A stretch of 64,000 nt of DNA, taken from positions 21,265 through 85,264 of the forward strand of contig JAZDNM010000007.1 of NCBI GenBank assembly GCA_043799715.1, given 5' to 3'. The notes beneath the pieces were generated by a model, which ran no database searches, was not told the origin of the DNA, and saw nothing but the letters and a program-made list of their open reading frames with translations. The position numbers and the translations under genes are program-made. Below are positions 8,175 to 15,800 of this stretch, in pieces; position 1 is the first letter of the stretch; the number at the start of each line of letters is the position of its first letter. The stretch comes from an archaeon. GTDB lineage: Archaea > Nanobdellota > Nanobdellia > Pacearchaeales > DTIR01.

Positions 8175-9281
8175 TTATTTTCCAGATTTAATTCTATTGT
8201 CGTGTTTACATAACATCTGACAATTTTCAGCTGTTGTTTTTCCACCTTCGTGCCAAGGAGTTATATGGTCTGCTTCCATTCCTTCTATTTCAAAATGTTT
8301 CTTGCATTTTGGGCAAATACCCTTCTGTTTTTCATATGCAATTCTTTTTTGTTTATCTGAGAAAGCACGAAGATTGAGATATCGCTCGTTTCTTGTTAAA
8401 ATATATAGATATATTCCTTTTTGGTTCGTAATCTCTTCATCTTGCATTAATCCAGCTATTTCTTTTTCTAGTTTTTTTGAATCTAATTTTTTGTTCTTAA
8501 ATTTATTATACAATTCGCCCCAATTAATACCTCTCATCTCTTTTCTGTAATTTGGAAAAATTTTCCTCACCCAGCTAATTACATTTTGGAAATATTCCCA
8601 TAATTCGTCTGCTTTTTTGTCGTGTTGATGTTTAGACATATATTCCTCTATCTTCTCATTGTTAATCCACGATAAAACCGTTTCTAAAATTTCTTGTCTA
8701 ATCGGAGAGCCATTTACTAGTTGTCCACCATCGCCAGCTAGAAGATATGCTGCACAATTTGTCTTACTAAATTTTAATTTGGCATCTGAAAGCCATGGTC
8801 CTGTGTATACTGCATTAAGAAGCTCTTGTTCAGTTAATTTTACTCCAGAGATATTCACGATTCTAAACCAATCCAATTTTTCTCTTTCTTTTCCTTCACA
8901 AAAATAAATCATTAATTCATATTCTAATATTTGACTTTGTTCGTCTTTTGTTAAGCTATGAAAATATTTCCCATTTATTGAAAAATCTCCAGCAACATAT
9001 TGAGCAATACTAATTGTTCTTTGTTGTCCGTCTAAAACTTCAAAATTCCCACCATCTTTTTTTACCCAATATATAATATTAAGTGGGAACTTTTTCTTGA
9101 CTGTTTCAATAACCTCATTTCTCTGTTTATCCTTGTATACAAATTCTCTTTGATATTTCGGACGAATATCTAGTTTTCCTTCATAAGCAGTTACGCCTTC
9201 TTCAGCACTATCTTTATAGTCCTTTACAACTTCTCTTATGGGAATCTTATGTAACTCTACTTTCATAAGATAATGAACCAA
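8175..9281 (-). CDS. DUF262 (ParB/GmrSD-type N-terminal domain) - HNH endonuclease fusion
   Basis: N-terminal KYQREFVY and LDGQQRT motifs mark the DUF262 domain. The C-terminal HNH is CPKCKKHFEIEGMEADHITPWHEGGKTTAENCQMLCKHDN. The first codon at 9281 is TTG and the first ATG is at 9266. Confidence 0.8.
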   Translation of the reverse strand: MVHYLMKVELHKIPIREVVKDYKDSAEEGVTAYEGKLDIRPKYQREFVYKDKQRNEVIETVKKKFPLNIIYWVKKDGGNFEVLDGQQRTISIAQYVAGDFSINGKYFHSLTKDEQSQILEYELMIYFCEGKEREKLDWFRIVNISGVKLTEQELLNAVYTGPWLSDAKLKFSKTNCAAYLLAGDGGQLVNGSPIRQEILETVLSWINNEKIEEYMSKHQHDKKADELWEYFQNVISWVRKIFPNYRKEMRGINWGELYNKFKNKKLDSKKLEKEIAGLMQDEEITNQKGIYLYILTRNERYLNLRAFSDKQKRIAYEKQKGICPKCKKHFEIEGMEADHITPWHEGGKTTAENCQMLCKHDNRIKSGK

Positions 9282-9291
9282 AAAGAATTAT

Positions 9292-10440
9292 TTAAACTTT
9301 CTTATTCTTAATAATTACACGGGCATAAATGCTTGAATATAGCTTTCCTGTCATTACATCCTTAAAAGAAGGAACCTTATCTATTTTGGGATTGTAATCA
9401 AGATATAATGTACCTTTTGCATTAACAGTAAATTTGCCTGTTGGTTTTCCATTTTTATCTAGAATTTCCATTTTTTTGTTACTCTTAAAATCAATTGAAC
9501 CAACTATACCTAGGGCAATAATTTCAAATTGTTCTGGATTATATTTATCTAAAAAAGTAATTGGTACACCAATTAATCCTTTATAGTCCATCGGAATTTC
9601 GCTCACTTTATCTACATTTATAGCATCATAATTATCATACTTTGGATACTCGTTAGGGCTATATTTTTTATACAAAGTTAGAAACTCCCTATGCTTTTCA
9701 ACATCTAAATTAGTAAACCAACAAGAAGTTGAAACTCTGGCAATTTTATTTCCTTTTTCATCTGTATGGTGAAATTGTTTCCAATCTTTTGGAACTATAA
9801 AAAACATACCCACATTAAAATTTGTATAACCTGTTCTAATTTTATTTTCCTTGAACAATTTAAAAATATCTTTGTAAGTTAAGGCATTTGTATTTCCTAT
9901 AATCAAAAATTTTTTATTATAGTCTATTAATTGAGTTAAATATTCTCTAAATAGGGAGAAAGGAGGATTAGTGCAAACTATGTCTGATTGTTTTAATAGG
10001 TCAATGCACTCTTTACTACGAAAGTCCCCTCCTTGTTTAAGAGGTGTTGCTGTATTTTCGTTATGTTTAAGCAACCATTCAACATCAGATATGCCAATTG
10101 AACCATCATTATTAGAATCTTCTACTTTGTTTATTTCAAGTTTAAATGCTTCTTTAGAATTGGCTTTTAACCCCTTTATATTAAACAAAGGTAATTGACT
10201 CCCAACAATTGGCGACCCAGAATAAGAAGTGGCAATAAGTTTTTTTAATTGGAAATTGTTGAAGTTAGCTGCAAAAAACTTAAAAAAATTACTTTCATAT
10301 GGGTCATCACAGTTACAATAAATTACTTTATCCTTAAATTGTGCCTTATAATGCCTTAACTCTCTCTCAATATCACTAATCTGTGTATAAAATTCATCTT
10401 TCTTTGATTTTTTAGCATTGTCAAAAAGTTTAGTAGCCAT
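9292..10440 (-). CDS. N6-adenine DNA methyltransferase, EcoRI-methylase-like family
   Basis: 382 aa with N-terminal KDEFYTQ and the catalytic motif IV DIVCTNPPFS. It lies 10-25 nt upstream of the nuclease gene on the same strand. Confidence 0.8.
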   Translation of the reverse strand: MATKLFDNAKKSKKDEFYTQISDIERELRHYKAQFKDKVIYCNCDDPYESNFFKFFAANFNNFQLKKLIATSYSGSPIVGSQLPLFNIKGLKANSKEAFKLEINKVEDSNNDGSIGISDVEWLLKHNENTATPLKQGGDFRSKECIDLLKQSDIVCTNPPFSLFREYLTQLIDYNKKFLIIGNTNALTYKDIFKLFKENKIRTGYTNFNVGMFFIVPKDWKQFHHTDEKGNKIARVSTSCWFTNLDVEKHREFLTLYKKYSPNEYPKYDNYDAINVDKVSEIPMDYKGLIGVPITFLDKYNPEQFEIIALGIVGSIDFKSNKKMEILDKNGKPTGKFTVNAKGTLYLDYNPKIDKVPSFKDVMTGKLYSSIYARVIIKNKKV

Positions 10441-10464
10441 GATTAATTATTGGTTTTCCCATTT

Positions 10465-11418
10465 TTATAAGTTTTGTTGTGCTAAATTTATTAATTCAAG
10501 CCATCTATTCGGTGTCTGAAATTTCAGTTCAGGGATAGCCAACTCGCTCGGCGTTTTTCCTTTCAGGGCTTCGTGCGGTTTTACAAAATTGTAAAATATC
10601 TCTATGCTTTTCATAATCGCATAAGCACTTTCAACAGAGCCGTGCATCCCTCTAAATCCAGTTGTTCTCTGTCTTATTGTGTTGTGCATCCTCTCAACCC
10701 AGATGTTAAATCCCTCATTCTTCCTTTGAGTGACTATTTTATGCTCTATCTTGTATTTTCTTGTGCGGTTGTCATAACCAAAAGTTTTCTTGACTGCATT
10801 TTCATAAGCGAGAAATCCGTCTGTCGTAACTATCTTGACTTGTTCGCCTGTCTTGTCTTTGATGTTTGACAGGACTTTCTTTAGGTTGTTTTGGCTTCTG
10901 CTTTTGACATAAGCGGAGTTAATCATGAATCTTGTCTTTACATCAATCCCATCTATAAACCAGTTCTTGTCCGTTCCTTTCCTTTTGTGGCTCTTTCTCC
11001 TGTGATACTCCATTTCATCAACTTCTATGTAGCTTCCTATCTGGACTTTCAAGCCATCTGTGTAATCAGCTATTTTCAAGCTGTATTTTCTAACCCATCT
11101 TAAAATGGTGCTGTGGTCAGAGTTGTGCGGAAAGAACGCCTTAAAGTGCTCCTGAACCCCTCTTGTGCTTAATCCCCTGCAAAACAGGTCTAAGGCACAA
11201 GTTATCTTCTGAGGGCTGTTTCGCATCCTAAAGAATGTGTCTCGTGGTATGAACCTCTTGAAGCATGATTTGCAGAAGTATCTTTGCCTCTTTCCGTGGG
11301 CTTCTGTCTGTTTGAATCCTCGCCTGACTACCTCTTTGCTTTGGCAGTGAGGACAAGCTATCTGTTGTTTTTCCATGATATATTCATGTACCTGAACTAT
11401 ATAAACCTTTCGGTACAT
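10465..11418 (-). CDS. IS6-family DDE transposase with N-terminal zinc finger
   Basis: Zinc finger CPHCQS...FCKSCFKRF. The DDE triad context is IEVDEMEY...WFIDGID, VTTDGFLAYENAV and VERMHNTIRQRT, followed by YNFVKPHEALKGKTPSE. An alternative start is M15 at 11376. Confidence 0.8.
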   Translation of the reverse strand: MYRKVYIVQVHEYIMEKQQIACPHCQSKEVVRRGFKQTEAHGKRQRYFCKSCFKRFIPRDTFFRMRNSPQKITCALDLFCRGLSTRGVQEHFKAFFPHNSDHSTILRWVRKYSLKIADYTDGLKVQIGSYIEVDEMEYHRRKSHKRKGTDKNWFIDGIDVKTRFMINSAYVKSRSQNNLKKVLSNIKDKTGEQVKIVTTDGFLAYENAVKKTFGYDNRTRKYKIEHKIVTQRKNEGFNIWVERMHNTIRQRTTGFRGMHGSVESAYAIMKSIEIFYNFVKPHEALKGKTPSELAIPELKFQTPNRWLELINLAQQNL

Positions 11419-11528
11419 GATTTCAAATAACCCATACTGTCTTATAAAACGCCTATTAATTACATAAAGACATAGTCATTTTGCTACAAACCGAAAGACT
11501 TAAATAGTATGGTTAATAATATAACTAT

Positions 11529-12293
11529 ATGGAAAACAAAATGAAAGAATATAACCTGAAACTACCAAGTAGTTCAATAGTCAATCTTAAGAGCAGTTGG
11601 GAGGTACTTAAGATTATTTCAAAGACAGGAAAAACGTTTACAGACAAAGATGTAGTAAAAAACGGCTCTCCAATAAATGAAAATAATCTTTTTAGGGTTC
11701 TATCTTATCTTAAATATTTAGGGCTACTCGTAGAAAAGAGAGAAAGAGAAGTGATTAACGGTAAAGAAGAGTCTGTTCAAAGATGGATGCAAGAAGATAA
11801 CAAAGATGTCACGGAATTTTTCTTTCTGTTAAGGGATAATAGAGAAGAAGAGGCAAAAAAGATTTTGATAGAATTAATTAAAAAACACGATTTGTTTTTA
11901 TCAATCAAAGATGAGCTGATTAACGGGCATCCTTCAATTACAGTTATAGATTTAAAAGATTTTTTTAGGAAGAAAATTCCAGAAAAAAGCCCAAGCTACT
12001 ATGATAATGGAATCAAATTTACAATAGATTTCTTATTGTTTTGCAAATTGATATTCACTGAAGGGAATATAATAAAGCTAAAAGAACAAGAAAGCAAACA
12101 TGAAGAAAAGAAAGAAGAACCACAAGGTAGGGAGCAAACCAACGAAGCTAAAAAAAATATAACTCTTGGCGAGAATAAGTATATCGTCTCTATTTTTGGA
12201 AAAAATACTAACTTTGAATTTCCTATTAATCAAAATTCAGATATAGAAGATGTTGAAGCTATATTAAACATAATAAGAAAGAAACTAACATAA
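11529..12293 (+). CDS. Hypothetical protein (possible N-terminal winged helix), island passenger
   Basis: 254-aa ORF with lysine/glutamate-rich composition. No catalytic motif is recognised. Confidence 0.5.
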   Translation: MENKMKEYNLKLPSSSIVNLKSSWEVLKIISKTGKTFTDKDVVKNGSPINENNLFRVLSYLKYLGLLVEKREREVINGKEESVQRWMQEDNKDVTEFFFLLRDNREEEAKKILIELIKKHDLFLSIKDELINGHPSITVIDLKDFFRKKIPEKSPSYYDNGIKFTIDFLLFCKLIFTEGNIIKLKEQESKHEEKKEEPQGREQTNEAKKNITLGENKYIVSIFGKNTNFEFPINQNSDIEDVEAILNIIRKKLT

Positions 12294-12321
12294 TGCTCAT
12301 CGGTGAGAAATATAGGGACAC

Positions 12322-12365
12322 CACGAGGATTTGCTTGTTGTTTCCAAGCAAGTAAAATCCTCGTG
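12322..12365. terminator. Bidirectional hairpin between convergent island genes
   Basis: cacgaggatttgcttg (12322-12337) pairs with caagc...aaaatcctcgtg (12345-12365) around a 7-nt loop. Confidence 0.5.
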
Positions 12366-12389
12366 TCTATATTTATATTATTATAATGC

Positions 12390-12557
12390 TTATTCTTTTA
12401 AATCTTTTTCTAAACATATTTTTTCGTGATTGACCGTTACTTTTAACTCCTTACCTAATAACTTAGATTGTTCAACAATATCTTTAGGCAAGATGACAAT
12501 ATAGCGGTTATAGGTTTTATCACCAACTTTCTTGTCTAAAACTTCCCGTATTTTCAT
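12390..12557 (-). CDS. AbrB/SpoVT/MazE-like small DNA-binding protein (55 aa, below the ORF-track cutoff)
   Basis: My own translation is MKIREVLDKKVGDKTYNRYIVILPKDIVEQSKLLGKELKVTVNHEKICLEKDLKE. The ...IVILPKDIVEQ...G.EL.V pattern fits swapped-hairpin AbrB-type domains. Confidence 0.45.
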   Translation of the reverse strand: MKIREVLDKKVGDKTYNRYIVILPKDIVEQSKLLGKELKVTVNHEKICLEKDLKE

Positions 12558-12617
12558 AATATAATCATGTGCATGAATTATTTAAATCTGTCGGTACATG
12601 AACAAAAACAAATTACA

Positions 12618-12639
12618 TATGGACACTTAATGCACCAGA
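12618..12639 (-). repeat. Right terminal inverted repeat (reverse complement of 8108-8129)
   Basis: TATGGACACTTAATGCACCAGA is followed 3 nt later by the direct repeat TCTGATAGG. Confidence 0.85.
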
Positions 12640-12714
12640 GAGTCTGATAGGCAATTTTTATATAGTGAAGCCTTCTTTAGAAAAGAAGCTTTGGGAAGAA
12701 AACCCAAGGAAAAT

Positions 12715-12861
12715 GCGGAGGTGCCGGAGCGGCCAAACGGGCTAGCCTTAGGAGAGAGCATTTCTTTTCAGAGAAAAGAAATGCTCGGCAAAGAAAAGCT
12801 TCAATAATCTCAGAAAGCTAGTGGCTTAGTGCCTGCATAGGTTCAAATCCTATCCTCCGCA
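12715..12861 (+). tRNA. tRNA-Leu (anticodon UAG) with 63-nt intron at 37/38 (12753-12815)
   Basis: Acceptor GCGGAGG/CCTCCGC, anticodon stem CTAGC/GCTAG, loop CTTAGG-intron-A, a long variable arm and T-arm ATAGG-TTCAAAT-CCTAT. The mature length is 84 nt. Confidence 0.85.
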
Positions 12862-12873
12862 TAATCTATAAAA

Positions 12874-15800
12874 TCACGCAAATGCGCTTATTGATTGGGA
12901 GATGGCTGAAGCAAGCTGGATTTTTTCAGATTCCTGGGAAATTTTTTCCATATCATCCTTGTTGCAGATGAATGCAGGTTCTGTAAGCACAGCAGGCATG
13001 TTTGTGTTCTTGAGAACATACAGGCTGCCTTCTGCGGCTTCTGTGTCAGGCTTGATGCCCCTGTCTTTCACACCCAAACTGGCTACAATATTCTCCTGGA
13101 CTATCCTGGCAAATTCCTTTCCTTTTGTGGAAGTTCTGTAATAGAATGTTTCGGCTCCATTCGCAGAGCAGTACTTTCCATCAACATCCAATGATGCAGA
13201 ATTCATGTGAATGCTGACAAAGATATCCGCTTCAAAATCATTTGCGATTTTTACTCTTGAAGCAAGAGAAACAGCAGCGTCAGTTTCTCTGGTCATTTTT
13301 ACGCTGTATCCTTTTTCTTCAAGCACGCTCTTTAATTTTTCTGCTATTGCCAGATTCATGTCTTTTTCATTTACTCCGTCGCTGTTTACAGCGCCAGGGT
13401 CTGTTCCGCCGTGCCCCGCATCTATCACAATCTTCTTGCTGGCACTCTGGGCTGCTGCAGCGGCAGCAGCTGCGTTTGCTTGTTGGCTTGATGAAGCAAT
13501 ATAATAATATGCTTTCCCGATTTTCTTTACATATGCCTTTGCGCTGTCCCCATTCTGTTTCAAGAAGGGATTCTTGCAGGAGGAAATATCCTTGCTGCAG
13601 TATGTTGAAACATAAGTAGGGCCTTCCTTGTAAGCTGCAATAGCAAGCCCGATATTGCTGAACCTTCTCATATTGCAGGCGAGATATGCTATGCCGCCCT
13701 GGATGTTCTGCTCTGTATTGTACTTGTTTATCGACAGTATCCCCATTGTTTTTGCGCATGCCCCGCCATTCTTGAAATCATTCACAACTGTGTCCTTGAG
13801 CTGCATCAAGCCGTAAGCGCCTGTGCTTGACTGCTCCTTTACATCCCAGCTGCTTTCAACTTCTATGAATGCCCTTGCAAGATTAAAATTCACATCATAC
13901 TGCTTTGCATATTTGTCAATGAGAATATAAATTGCCTGCCTGCTCTGGAATGTGCTTTCAGATTTTGAATTCAGCATATCAGAGGCGCTGTAATCTTTTC
14001 TTATTATAATGCAAATCTCGCTGTTTGAAACCGCAGCGCCTGTTATCCCGGAATTATCTGCATCAATATCTATGCAGACAACATTATCAGGGGTTTCAGT
14101 GTTCTCAGAACCCTCAACTAAATTTTTTTTTTCCTCAGAAACAATGCATTTTGAGCCAGTCCACTGGCAGTTCTCAACAGAGCATTTGTTGCTCTCGCAT
14201 TCAATCTGGTTGTTAAAATTAGAGCATTCCATGCCATCTTCGCAATTAAGGCACGCTGCCTTGATTAATCCCTTTTGAATGTAGCATCTGCCTAATTCAT
14301 GGCATTCACTGTAACTACAGGTATTGAAAATGCCGTCGCTGCATGAAACGCAGTTTGCCTTGATTGTTCCAGGGCTTATTTTTGTGATTTCAGCCACTTC
14401 TTTCTTTGATGTTTTTTCAAGCTGTATGCTCGCCACATTCTCACGATACTTTGCGACCACTAAAGTCATAAGAAGATAATCCCCACTTTCATCCAAATCA
14501 AACTGCTGCTGAATATTCATTTCCAAAATTATTTCCCTGCCGCCAAGTGAGATTTTTGCACCATCTTTCACTGACAACTCCTTCAGCAAAATAGGATACT
14601 CCTTGCTGTTGAATGAAAGAATCTTTTCTGTATTGAGTTCCAAATCAGTGTACTCTGTGCTTGATTCCTTTATCTCGGTTGCCTCAACAGATTTCTTTTT
14701 TTCTGAAGAAACAAGACTCTTTTCTATTTTTGCCTTGAAAATCAATGTTGTTATTCTGTCAAATATCTCAGCAAGCCCTATTCTTGCCTGCGCTTTGTCC
14801 TGATTAAACAAGGATTTCAGGATTATATTCTCATATTGCCCTGTCACATTTGCTATTGCGCTGTTTATTTCCTGCGCTGTTTTGTCTGCTGTGTAGGACT
14901 TGCCGACAATGAGCTTTTCAAGAATTCCATTGTCTTTTGTCAGTTCATACTGTTTCTGGCTTACCTCTGCAAGCAAAGCCTGGCTTCCAGAGTGATCAAG
15001 CATGCTTGTATTCTGCAATGTTGATGCCAGTTCCTTTGCTTTTGCAAGAGTCTCGGAAAGCAAGCCCTGGTCTGTAAAGCTCTGATTTAGCGAGAGAGTA
15101 TCAAGCCAGCATATTATTTTCTTGTCAGTGCAATAGCCCACCTGTTTCCATCTGTCTGGCTGTGTTGTCAGGCTCGGGTTGTCTGTTGTGCACACTCTGA
15201 TAATGCCTAAGCTTGAAATTGACGGGGATAATGCTGATTCCACAGATGACTGCAGATTTAATGATGAAACTGATACAATCCCTGATGTCCCTGCTATGCA
15301 TTCCTGCTCTGTTTTTACCTGCTGCGCTGCCTGCGCAGCAAGATAAGAGTCCTGCAGTTCATTCATGAAATAGGATGTTGTAACCTGCCCGAAGCCGCAT
15401 TCCTCCTGCGCATTTATCTTTACGCATAATTCTGTATATCCTGAAGGCCCTGTGAAATCAACTGACTTGTCAACCTGCTCGCCTTTTGCAATGTAGCCGA
15501 CTGCATTAGGCACAGCCATCTGCTGCATCTGCGCATAATATTCTGTCTGCGGCGACCCTTTCAGATACACATTGTAGTAAGCCCCTGCATCCTTGCCTGC
15601 ATAAATCCTGTAATAAACTTTGTAATGGGATGTTGAAGGCACAGTCGCCTCTGAAAGAATATTCGAGGAGAATGTTGCGTGGAACTGCACAGGGCTTTCA
15701 GGCTCGAGAAGTGAATCGAACATGTCTGATGTTGTTGGATATCTTGCAGAGACCCATGCCTTGCAGATTTCTGTTCCTGCCGCCTCTGTGCTTCTTGCCT

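Larger units (their letters stand above)
8096..12651. mobile_element. Transposon-like island with IS6-type ends, transposase and passenger genes
   Basis: A perfect 22-bp inverted repeat (8108-8129 and 12618-12639) is flanked by the direct repeat TCTGATAGG (8096-8104 and 12643-12651). The interior is visibly more AT-rich than the flanks and includes a DDE transposase. Confidence 0.8.

Noticed and set aside
10465-11418. Assignment of the transposase to the IS1 family (N-terminal zinc finger, ends starting near GGTG, apparent 9-bp duplication)
   Set aside because: The DDE contexts (vDEmey...W..giD, TTDgflaY, vErmHntirqR, YNFvKPHeaL) and the TTCTG-TGCA core of the ends fit IS6 better. The duplication can equally be read as 8 bp (CTGATAGG).
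13451-13474. GCN-rich run (gctgctgcagcggcagcagctgcg) that looks like a microsatellite
   Set aside because: It is in frame and encodes the Ala8 linker between the two hydrolase domains. It is not an independent repeat feature.
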